Virus record (IMG/VR): IMGVR_UViG_3300032236_001850
Span: 124,001 to 188,000 of that record
DNA length: 64,000 bases
Strand: one strand, 5' to 3'
Shown here: one piece after another, positions 47,157 to 55,095 of the stretch
Numbering within the stretch: the first letter of the stretch is position 1
How the letters are laid out: the number at the start of each line of letters is the position of its first letter
Translations under genes and position numbers: made by a program
Notes under the pieces: model-generated
Databases searched by the model: none
The model's input: the letters and a program-made list of their open reading frames with translations, nothing else
What the model was told of the DNA's origin: nothing

Positions 47157-47584
47157 ATGAAACACATACATACATTCTACCAACACATCAACGAATCTCA
47201 ACTCGAAATAGAATCGACCAATCTACCGGATGGGGTAAAAGAGATTGATGAAGAGGAACTTAAAAAATGGGGAAAAAAGCCACACAAATTCTTACCATCG
47301 GGGATGATGAAGCATTTAAACAGTTTAAAAATTGGACTGGAGTGACCAAATCTGAGGATCCCCGGGATTTGCTAGTCCTTAAATCATCATCCACCTCAGA
47401 GGAATATCAATGGTGCTTTGTTCTTTGGACCAAGGAAGAAGATGAGGAGAAAGCAAGACGATTTCTTTCAAGAACACTAGAGGGTGTTTTTGTAACATAC
47501 ATTATCACCTCACCGTCACAAAAAGTTAGAGAGCAGCTAATGCACTACATCAACGATTATGTTAAATGGATCAAAATCAGATAG
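47157..47584 (+). pseudogene. CTS-leader/WIKIR gene split by -1 frameshift at A-AAA-AAG (47273-47279)
   Basis: Leader in frame of 47157; WIKIR in the -1 frame (47267..47584). Confidence 0.75.
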
Positions 47585-47605
47585 ACAAATAAAACATAGA
47601 CAATA

Positions 47606-48046
47606 ATGAAAAACTTAATGATTTTTACTGATTTTTTAAAAGAATCAATTAATTCAGGTGGAATGCCACATCGAAGATATGAAGAAATAACTAAAGATCA
47701 ATGGCGAGAGAAAAAAGAAACACTCCAATGTGTTAGCTTGACAAATGATGAGATAGAGTCAATAGATGAAATATATGAATTTATAAGGGATGTTATATAC
47801 CCAAAAGCAGAAAGAATAAAGTTTTGGGAGTTTTCTCAGAAAGACACTCAATATCTCATCGAAATACGTGATTTAAACATTATGATTACTAAATATTCAC
47901 CATCAATGTGGTTAATTTTTACTAATAGGAATGAGGATGTAGAAGATGAACATTTTTATATTGCAACTTCATTAAAGGAAACAATCGATCTTACAGCATA
48001 TCTTGCGGGTGAATTATTTCATATCGAATGGATCAAAATAAGATAG
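47606..48046 (+). CDS. CTS-leader/WIKIR protein
   Basis: MKNLMIFTDFLKES...IEWIKIR. Confidence 0.85.
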   Translation: MKNLMIFTDFLKESINSGGMPHRRYEEITKDQWREKKETLQCVSLTNDEIESIDEIYEFIRDVIYPKAERIKFWEFSQKDTQYLIEIRDLNIMITKYSPSMWLIFTNRNEDVEDEHFYIATSLKETIDLTAYLAGELFHIEWIKIR

Positions 48047-48050
48047 AAGA

Positions 48051-48683
48051 ATGAAACACATCCATACATTCTCACAACACATCAACGAGAGCTCCTCTCA
48101 GGAGATCATGGACTTCTGCAAGAAGTACAAGATTTCAATTGAACAGTTTAGAGGACAGGAGGAAATCCCAGGTGATTTTAGAAAACTTTCAAATCTAAAA
48201 TCCATTCCTTCAGGTTTCAACCCAAAGGTTGAAGGGAATCTGACTCTTTCCTCGATTTACAGCTTACCTGATGGGTTTTCACCCGTTGTTGGTGGAGATC
48301 TGGAACTGCATGAACTGAATCATTTGCCAGAGGGATTCTCACCCACTGTGGGAAGAGATCTACATCTGAACTATCTAAATCGTATTCCATATGAATTCAC
48401 TGTTAATGTGGGAGACAATCTGATTTTAGATAATGTGTATGAGGTTGGGAAGGGATTCTCACCCACTGTGGGCGGCAATCTGGATCTAGGATCACTCAGA
48501 ATTTATGCGGAAGGATTCTCACCCATCGTGGGCGGGAATCTAATCTTAAATAAAATGGAAAGCATTCCGCTAAAAGGTGTTTCGCTAAAAGGAGTTAAAG
48601 GAAAGATAGAACTTTTTCACAATTACAATCGTGTAAATCTAGAAACCATAGCGGGTGATATAAAATGGATCAAAATAAGATAG
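48051..48683 (+). CDS. CTS-leader/WIKIR protein with 22-aa LRR-like repeats
   Basis: Repeats LxxLPEGFSPxVGGDLxL; DNA repeat ggattctcaccca about every 66 bp. Confidence 0.85.
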   Translation: MKHIHTFSQHINESSSQEIMDFCKKYKISIEQFRGQEEIPGDFRKLSNLKSIPSGFNPKVEGNLTLSSIYSLPDGFSPVVGGDLELHELNHLPEGFSPTVGRDLHLNYLNRIPYEFTVNVGDNLILDNVYEVGKGFSPTVGGNLDLGSLRIYAEGFSPIVGGNLILNKMESIPLKGVSLKGVKGKIELFHNYNRVNLETIAGDIKWIKIR

Positions 48684-48695
48684 GGTATATAGCAC

Positions 48696-49517
48696 ATGAA
48701 AAGAATACTAACATTCCACCAGCTATTTGAAGCAGCCAAACCAAAGGACACATCTTGGATGCCAACCCCCGCGGAGATAAGTCAATTGGAAATTTTTCAA
48801 AATCTGAGAGATGATCATCTTATACGTTTATCCGAACCATACCTCTTAACACAGGGTCAGATAGAAAGGAATGTGAGATCAATAAGTTTTTCAACAGACA
48901 CCAATAACCTTTATAGACTGGAGCCAAATTCAGATGGCACAATCAACATCAAATTTGGAAGAAGCTACATAGCCAAAAATAAGCCTTTCAAAAACCAGGA
49001 GGAAATGACGGATGTTATTATTTACTTAATGATCGTAACAATAGCAATTTATGATCCTGTATGGAGTCGTAAGCCACACAATCCACCCAAAAGAACTCCT
49101 TTCAATGACGATCACGTGAAACTAAATGGGGAATTGGAGAGAGGTGATCTCGAAGGCTTGCTAAACGGCATCACAGAGCTTATGAAATCCAAATTTGGAT
49201 TCTGTGAGGAAAGACTGGTCCAGATTGCGATCATTCTGATGTGGTACATGAAGTCAGCCACACAGGAGGCAAAAAACAACTTCATAAAGCAACTGATCGT
49301 CAATGTGACAGCAGAGAGAATGTTCTTGCATTGGTGCCATCTGCCTAAAATTTTATCTCATCGCCAACCCTTCGTGTCGATGCCTGCAGTTACGGAAGGT
49401 CTCTCCATGGCATTCTCAGATTTTCTTAATAACAATGGGGATGCTCCAATGCCACCAGCTCTGGGGGAGTTCCTTTCCAAGATAACCGATGGGTTCAGAT
49501 GGATTAAAATCAGATAA
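48696..49517 (+). CDS. CTS-leader/WIKIR protein
   Basis: MKRILTFHQLFEA...FRWIKIR; N-terminal part resembles that of 44678..46609. Confidence 0.85.
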   Translation: MKRILTFHQLFEAAKPKDTSWMPTPAEISQLEIFQNLRDDHLIRLSEPYLLTQGQIERNVRSISFSTDTNNLYRLEPNSDGTINIKFGRSYIAKNKPFKNQEEMTDVIIYLMIVTIAIYDPVWSRKPHNPPKRTPFNDDHVKLNGELERGDLEGLLNGITELMKSKFGFCEERLVQIAIILMWYMKSATQEAKNNFIKQLIVNVTAERMFLHWCHLPKILSHRQPFVSMPAVTEGLSMAFSDFLNNNGDAPMPPALGEFLSKITDGFRWIKIR

Positions 49518-49576
49518 CCAGATAAATAAATCATCACTGATTAAAGTGGGATATATAAATAAAATAAAACCAAAAA

Positions 49577-50062
49577 ATGAAACACCTAATCGCCTTTGAG
49601 ATTTTTGAAAATGAGAATATGGAATCTCTAATTCCTAAAATTGCTATTTTTAGCGAGGGTGACTACTATAAACTAAAGGAATATATAAAATCCAATAACA
49701 TAAAGACTGATCTCATTCCCCACCATTTCCCATACGAGGAATATTACAGAGATAATATTAAACGTGGTCAGAGGGGCAATAATTTTTTCTATATCATCAA
49801 CGATAAGGTTATGTTGTACCCAAGTCCAGGATACGATAAAAAATTGAAAAAACTAACAGATAGGGATCTAAATTTTCCTAAATCCCACAGAGCTGCATAC
49901 ATTAAAGATTTCAGAAACATCCCACTAGAGGAACTTTACAACAACTCGGAAGAAATACTTGGGTACTCAATATTCCTACTGGACAAACTTATAACAAAGG
50001 CGAAGCAAATGACAAGAAGCAAATTAACACCATTTGAGGTGACTCTATTCGATAGAGATTAG
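49577..50062 (+). CDS. Hypothetical protein with CTS-like leader
   Basis: MKHLIAFEIFEN; GATATATA at 49550. Confidence 0.82.
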   Translation: MKHLIAFEIFENENMESLIPKIAIFSEGDYYKLKEYIKSNNIKTDLIPHHFPYEEYYRDNIKRGQRGNNFFYIINDKVMLYPSPGYDKKLKKLTDRDLNFPKSHRAAYIKDFRNIPLEELYNNSEEILGYSIFLLDKLITKAKQMTRSKLTPFEVTLFDRD

Positions 50063-50065
50063 CAC

Positions 50066-50521
50066 ATGAAACACATACACACATTTCACCAACACGTCAA
50101 CGAATCCCAATCTCTACCTTCAGGGGTAAGCAAGGTGACAGCCGATGAGTATACAAAACAAAAATGTGTTCCTCTATCCCAGGAGGAAACTGAAAACATC
50201 TTATTCTTAACTAATATAGTGGAACTTGCTTCTTCGACAGATCCACAGAGGAAAAACGCGGATAGCGAGGACAATCAGATCTATCTTTGCGCTGGTTTTT
50301 ATCCTTATGGAGCTATTCCGCCATGGGCATTCTTCGGAAAGTCAAAGTCAGGAATTTACTATCTATCAGCTAATCCCACACGATTAACGGACACAGAAGG
50401 CCAGGAAAGCAACTATTACGCTGCAAACTCATTGCAACCTCTAATTTCAATTGCTCTTGATATGTTCATTAAACTTGGAATGGTTGATACCTCCGGAATC
50501 AGCTGGATCGAAATCAAGTAA
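50066..50521 (+). CDS. CTS-leader protein ending WIEIK
   Basis: MKHIHTFHQHVNES...ISWIEIK. Confidence 0.85.
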   Translation: MKHIHTFHQHVNESQSLPSGVSKVTADEYTKQKCVPLSQEETENILFLTNIVELASSTDPQRKNADSEDNQIYLCAGFYPYGAIPPWAFFGKSKSGIYYLSANPTRLTDTEGQESNYYAANSLQPLISIALDMFIKLGMVDTSGISWIEIK

Positions 50522-50665
50522 ACCTCTAAGGGGCCGGCCACCGGAGATCTAACATCCAACATCATTATAGCACGTTTAAGGGACAATAATCTACAAACCC
50601 ATATCTACATCTTATTAGAGAGATATAAACAAGCTACACTCAAATAAACAACCGCATATAAGCAT

Positions 50666-51028
50666 ATGAAACACATCCTACATATAGACACGTATCAACA
50701 CATGAACGAGTCAATAACAAACCCATCATGGGAGAGAGAAGGCACAAGAGTCACACTGGCAGATATAGAGCCACACCTAGAAGAGGAGTTGCTAATCCAA
50801 CCGGACTCCATAGCACATCTACTCATACCCACAGAGAGGGATCCTAGAAGAGTGGCACAAGCCAATCTGGATCACCCAATCATACTCACAAGAGACAAGG
50901 GCCAGCTCACAAGCATACTAGATGGACAACACAGAGTCACAAAAGCCATAGAGCAAGGCAAGTGGGTAAAGGCAAGACAACTCGATCTAGACACAGTCCC
51001 AGAACACATAGCCAAGGTGCTCAGATAA
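50666..51028 (+). CDS. ParB/Srx N-terminal-like protein with CTS-like leader
   Basis: RVAQANLDHPIIL...ILDGQHRVTKA. Confidence 0.75.
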   Translation: MKHILHIDTYQHMNESITNPSWEREGTRVTLADIEPHLEEELLIQPDSIAHLLIPTERDPRRVAQANLDHPIILTRDKGQLTSILDGQHRVTKAIEQGKWVKARQLDLDTVPEHIAKVLR

Positions 51029-51543
51029 CCCAACTCTCATAGAGGCATTCTAAAGGGACTTAGGAAGCAAACCATATAGAGAGATAGTCAGAATAATATA
51101 ACACAGACACGGCCAGGTAATCGCGTTTAACGACCCCCTTCGGAAGCCCCTCTGCATGTGTGAGTTACCACCCAGGGCTGTCCCAACAAGATTTCCTCGT
51201 CGCCCCGATTTCCCATTTCATTCCACTTCTCTCCACTTTGTTCCACTGGGCAAGAGTTTCCACACAGAAACCCACGTTTTCTTTAGGAAAAACCAAATCT
51301 TTTATATATCCGTGATTTTGGGACGAGGTTCCCTGAACACCCATCACTATCTCGCCCCGAACCATGCCTCTTCCCTACATCTCTCTATGTGGAATGGATC
51401 TCCTGCCTCTCTATTAGAGACGGAACATTCTATGTGGCATTATCTCTCTATGCTCTCTCTATAGGAATGACTACCGGGTTGGCCGGCCCTCACCCCTATC
51501 TTGGCCCCAAATTCCCCCATTGCCGGCAGAGGATATATAGTGT
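51029..51543. other. GC-richer non-coding locus with skew flip and CTCTCTAT repeats (candidate origin/terminus)
   Basis: CTCTCTAT at 51381, 51407, 51444, 51455, inverted copy at 51076; TGGCCGGCCC at 51480 inverted to 50530. Confidence 0.45.
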
Positions 51544-52185
51544 ATGAGACACCTTAAGATTTTTGAAATGAACCCAGCCTTCTACGAGGATCCACCGGAA
51601 CCAAAACGTGAGGGAGCGGATGTGGAGTACCCAGAGCATGAGCAGCTCTTCTCCCCTGTGTTCTGCCATGAGGGGTATCCAGAAGAAGATAAAGTCAGAG
51701 GAGAGAAAGGTTACCCTGACTTTGCCATAGTGATGGACAAGACACCTCAGAAAGCCATATGGGTTGTGAGAGATATTGACGATGTCATTCCCGAGAGCTA
51801 CCTGACCTATTGGGAAACGTCCGAAGGAGGCGAGCATGTCCAAGACACCAACTCCATCCTGAACTTTGCCACTGACGAATTCAAAGCCGGTAGATGGGTG
51901 GATGGCTTTGATGCTTGGGACGAGGATGAATGGGCAGTGGATCTTGTGAAGATCACCACTGTGGAAGATGTGGATTCCCTTATCCAAGATCTCTCCAACT
52001 TCATTAACCCGAGCCACGCCTCCTACTATGGCAAGGTGAGAAATCCCAAGATCAAAGATCACTACAGAATTAGTCACGTTCCAGGTGAGGGCGAGATCTC
52101 TTTGGCGAAGAGAGCAATCAGAGCGCTAGAGATATACAAGAGAAGGATTGAATCAAACACCGTCGGCGGGTCCACACCGGCTTAA
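51544..52185 (+). CDS. Acidic hypothetical protein with CTS-like leader
   Basis: MRHLKIFEM; GATATATA 4 nt upstream. Confidence 0.82.
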   Translation: MRHLKIFEMNPAFYEDPPEPKREGADVEYPEHEQLFSPVFCHEGYPEEDKVRGEKGYPDFAIVMDKTPQKAIWVVRDIDDVIPESYLTYWETSEGGEHVQDTNSILNFATDEFKAGRWVDGFDAWDEDEWAVDLVKITTVEDVDSLIQDLSNFINPSHASYYGKVRNPKIKDHYRISHVPGEGEISLAKRAIRALEIYKRRIESNTVGGSTPA

Positions 52186-52274
52186 TCCCAGCCCACTATG
52201 GAGTCCACTCTCCCAAGTCCAGTCCGGAACCCGGCCTCATGAATGGCCTTTCATTTTTCAAAAACAAAAGTAAT

Positions 52275-52315
52275 AAAAATCCTCGAGATAAAAAAATATT
52301 TCGAGGATTTTTTTT
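52275..52315 (+). terminator. Terminator overlapping next promoter
   Basis: AAAAATCCTCGA...TCGAGGATTTTT-T run. Confidence 0.8.
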
Positions 52316-52365
52316 ATTCGAAAGGATTTTGTATATTTGCAATGTAAACAATAAGGCCCCAGGTA

Positions 52366-52390
52366 CATACTATGTTACTAACATACTATG
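52366..52390. repeat. Nested palindrome element, copy 2
   Basis: catactatgttactaacatactatg. Confidence 0.9.
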
Positions 52391-52415
52391 TCTGAGACCA
52401 CGGCAAACACGAACT

Positions 52416-52619
52416 ATGCGCAGACTTAAGAACGGATGGGAGATCGCGGGAGCGACATCAATATGTATTGCTCTCGCGAGCATCTTTATATACATCATGT
52501 GGGAACTCGGCTTATATGGGATGCCTAGTACTACCGATGTGGTTGTCTCAGTAGTACTCACAGCTGTCACACTCTTTCTCTTTATCTGGAGCCCACCCGA
52601 CGAGAACTCTAATACATAG
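52416..52619 (+). CDS. 67-aa two-TM protein flanked by palindrome repeats
   Basis: MRRLKNGWEIAG...; stop codon lies inside repeat copy 3. Confidence 0.7.
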   Translation: MRRLKNGWEIAGATSICIALASIFIYIMWELGLYGMPSTTDVVVSVVLTAVTLFLFIWSPPDENSNT

Positions 52620-52640
52620 TATGTTACTAACATACTATGT
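52614..52640. repeat. Nested palindrome element, copy 3 (perfect 13-bp arms)
   Basis: ACATAGTATGTTA-C-TAACATACTATGT. Confidence 0.92.
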
Positions 52641-52683
52641 CTGGGACTGACCACGAACACGTACACGAACTAATTAATAGAAA

Positions 52684-52989
52684 ATGAAAACATATCAACT
52701 TAAAACACCTTACTCAGAGTACACCGTTATATTATCGGGCGGCACGTATGCGAACGGACGTCAAGCTATTCGCATACTAGACGCGGAGGATGGGTTACCA
52801 GTTATGACTGCCACTGTGAATGTCCCTGAGGTGGATCTGGAACCAGGTGAGATCATCATCAAGAACTACTCAGAGAACGAAGGGTGCTTGCCCTTTCTCA
52901 TCACCAACGGTGTTGTCTCCTCTGTCGAGAGATGGGTTGGCCACGGTATGGCTGTTGTGAAACTCCTGATAGACATAGACGATATATAG
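52684..52989 (+). CDS. DUF4313-like protein
   Basis: YANGRQAI...ATVNVP...IIKNYSENEG. Confidence 0.65.
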   Translation: MKTYQLKTPYSEYTVILSGGTYANGRQAIRILDAEDGLPVMTATVNVPEVDLEPGEIIIKNYSENEGCLPFLITNGVVSSVERWVGHGMAVVKLLIDIDDI

Positions 52990-53005
52990 AGGAAAACTCT
53001 ATAGA

Positions 53006-53380
53006 ATGAAACACCTAATGCTTTTTGAAAGCTTCTTTCGCCGCGGTGCGATGGATCCGACCGCCTTGCAATTGGTCAAAATCGGCGGTGCGGTTAATCC
53101 GGCTTTAGGCTTCCTTAAAAAACACGACATAGATACCCTTACCGAAGCTGGTATAGAGACCGAAGTGGTTGGAGAAATCACAGGGAAAGACGACTACGCT
53201 TTCTGGGATATCAACGGTGTTTTATCGGATCCCTATTATGTTGCTTTCACTCATCCTGGCAAGGAGAATTCCCTTATGACAAAGGAGAAGAATTTCGAGA
53301 TACATCCTGGTAAAATATACTTCCGAAGAAAGGGTGGTTGGGCGAAAGAAAACGTCAGTGATTTCATCCAATCAAGATAA
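53006..53380 (+). CDS. Hypothetical protein with CTS-like leader
   Basis: MKHLMLFESFF; GATATATA at 52981. Confidence 0.8.
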   Translation: MKHLMLFESFFRRGAMDPTALQLVKIGGAVNPALGFLKKHDIDTLTEAGIETEVVGEITGKDDYAFWDINGVLSDPYYVAFTHPGKENSLMTKEKNFEIHPGKIYFRRKGGWAKENVSDFIQSR

Positions 53381-53397
53381 TTTGACAATCGTTAAAG

Positions 53398-53425
53398 AAA
53401 AGCCTGATTTTAGTCAGGTTTTTTT
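53398..53425 (+). terminator. Intrinsic terminator
   Basis: AGCCTGA-ttttag-TCAGGTT-T run. Confidence 0.8.
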
Positions 53426-53563
53426 GTGCGTGCAGGTAGCGCTCGCTTCCTGTAATCTACCGTGGGAAATTTGAGGTTAAAATCAGGGGGGTAAAAATAA
53501 TTTGAAATTTTTTATTTTTATATGAAAAAATGTCATATATTTGCAAAACAAAATCACATCAAC

Positions 53564-53791
53564 ATGGAACTTTACATCTTCAAAATCATGGACGAACCCA
53601 ACACCTATGTGAAGGTGAGCACCAAAACATTTAAGTGTCGCCGTACGAAGAATATAAATGATTCAAGTTGGTGGTTTACAAAGAGGAATGCAAAGTCTTG
53701 GGAATTCTCGATTAAAACGAAATTCCCAAGTGCCACAATGATCCCCGTGGATATGTCATTAACCGAGGTTAAATTCCAATCTATCAAATGA
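53564..53791 (+). CDS. Hypothetical protein, C-terminal FQSIK
   Basis: ATG 53564 after early promoter. Confidence 0.78.
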   Translation: MELYIFKIMDEPNTYVKVSTKTFKCRRTKNINDSSWWFTKRNAKSWEFSIKTKFPSATMIPVDMSLTEVKFQSIK

Positions 53792-54060
53792 TGAAGGATT
53801 TGATAAACATAGGTCTTCACAATCACATGTCAGCGGTGCTCAAGGCAGACCTCCTGGTTATCGACGACAAGGTCTATAAAGACCGGTCCGGTAAATATGA
53901 TGGGGCAGGAGAGAACCCAAGGGTTCTAATCCCGGAAGAAGAGCTAGACAAGGTTAGAGTGGAAGTCAATGAGGCAGGAACAATATTATCCTATGATGGG
54001 TCCCAAGGAAATATTATTCTTATATCAACAGCACCAATTAAATTTCAACAAATAAAATGA
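53788..54060 (+). CDS. Hypothetical protein, C-terminal FQQIK
   Basis: ATGA coupling. Confidence 0.78.
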   Translation: MMKDLINIGLHNHMSAVLKADLLVIDDKVYKDRSGKYDGAGENPRVLIPEEELDKVRVEVNEAGTILSYDGSQGNIILISTAPIKFQQIK

Positions 54061-54392
54061 GAGCATACCACGCAACATCCGCAAGCAACGTGCCATCCAT
54101 ACAAAAGGATGGTCTGATTATCAAATGGGATTATGTTTACCTTACAGATTCAATCGATTCGGCTCTCCGTTGGATTGGCTTCAGATTACAAGCCGTCGGT
54201 GAGAAGACAATTGCCGTGATTGAGGTTGAGGTTGATGAGACAAAGCTTGAGGAAGGCATGGACCATTCACCGATGATGGTTTCTCTATTCGGTGTTGGTA
54301 AATCATGGACCTCATCGGAACCAATCCCTGCTGCTTCGATAAAAGAAGTGCATCTATATATGATTAACGATAAAAAGGAACAACATGCCTAG
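54057..54392 (+). CDS. ART-fold (KptA/Tpt1-like) protein
   Basis: AYHATSASNVPSIQKDGL, VYLTDS, VIEV. Confidence 0.7.
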   Translation: MRAYHATSASNVPSIQKDGLIIKWDYVYLTDSIDSALRWIGFRLQAVGEKTIAVIEVEVDETKLEEGMDHSPMMVSLFGVGKSWTSSEPIPAASIKEVHLYMINDKKEQHA

Positions 54393-54912
54393 TACAATTA
54401 AAAAAAGAACCTGGTGCACAACATGCCAGGAATTCGAACTGTTTGAATCACACCTAACATCACATGAAACTATCATCATAGATTCAGAAGGCAGTGAGAT
54501 AAAGAAAACATCAAAGACCACATGCGATACATGCGGTAATGAATATGTGCCATACAGCCTGTCCGAGGTGCCTGAGGAGAAGATCCTCGAGCAAAGAGAA
54601 AGATACAGACAGATGAAGAAGACCGAATTCATCAAGATGTTAAGCGCCTATCAGGATATGAGCAGATCAAATATCCTTGCCGACATGATGAGAGAGGTCT
54701 CGGATAAACCTGTTGGATACACTGTGAGAGAGGATGATGCTGGTCAGGAAGCAATTGACACTGCGGAAAGAGCAGCAAGGGATGCTCAGAGATTGGCAAA
54801 CATAGAATTCAAAGAGCAATTCCGAGGTGCACAACGTAATGACAAATGCCGATGCGGATCAGGCAACAAGTATAAAAAGTGTTGTCTACCTAAGGTTAAT
54901 GCCATACGTTAA
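54385..54912 (+). CDS. Zinc-ribbon plus SEC-C motif protein
   Basis: CTTC/CDTC at N-terminus; RNDKCRCGSGNKYKKCC at C-terminus. Confidence 0.85.
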   Translation: MPSTIKKRTWCTTCQEFELFESHLTSHETIIIDSEGSEIKKTSKTTCDTCGNEYVPYSLSEVPEEKILEQRERYRQMKKTEFIKMLSAYQDMSRSNILADMMREVSDKPVGYTVREDDAGQEAIDTAERAARDAQRLANIEFKEQFRGAQRNDKCRCGSGNKYKKCCLPKVNAIR

Positions 54913-54914
54913 CA

Positions 54915-54938
54915 CATACTATGTTACTAACATACTAT
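54915..54938. repeat. Nested palindrome element, copy 4
   Basis: catactatgttactaacatactat, 2 nt after a stop codon. Confidence 0.9.
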
Positions 54939-54957
54939 CCACACGCGTACATTTAAA

Positions 54958-55095
54958 ATGAAAAATCCAATAAAATCCTGGTGGAATGATTTGTATCCCT
55001 ATCAGAAGAGAGACGTAATCAACGGTATAATCAACACGGTAAAATATATTTTGATAATAATATTTATAATCTATTTAATAAAGAGGTACTTATGA
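54958..55095 (+). CDS. 45-aa TM peptide (not in ORF track)
   Basis: MKNPIKSWWNDL...YILIIIFIIYLIKRYL; ATGA coupling to next gene. Confidence 0.65.
   Translation: MKNPIKSWWNDLYPYQKRDVINGIINTVKYILIIIFIIYLIKRYL

Larger units (their letters stand above)
3970..52988. promoter_or_regulatory. GATATATA putative late promoters (grouped entry)
   Basis: + strand: 4112, 7910, 12127, 26190, 38529, 39015, 44243, 46733, 49550, 51532, 52981 (variant GGTATATA 48684); - strand: 3970, 6689, 15201, 16436, 41226, 46614, 51303; most precede CTS-leader genes. Confidence 0.75.

Noticed and set aside
51156-52077. ORF-track ORFs 51156..51464, 51165..51365 and 51496..52077
   Set aside because: Atypical composition, no promoter/leader context, or antisense to a better-supported gene
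52239-52415. N-terminal extension of 52239..52619 (likewise 56240, 60725, 22856 extensions)
   Set aside because: Extensions run through terminator/promoter motifs; downstream ATGs fit the leader pattern
52614-52640. Resemblance of the palindrome to Tus-Ter (AGTATGTTGTAAC) or the dif XerD arm (TTATGTTAAAT)
   Set aside because: Only partial similarity; Ter is asymmetric and dif has a different left arm and spacer
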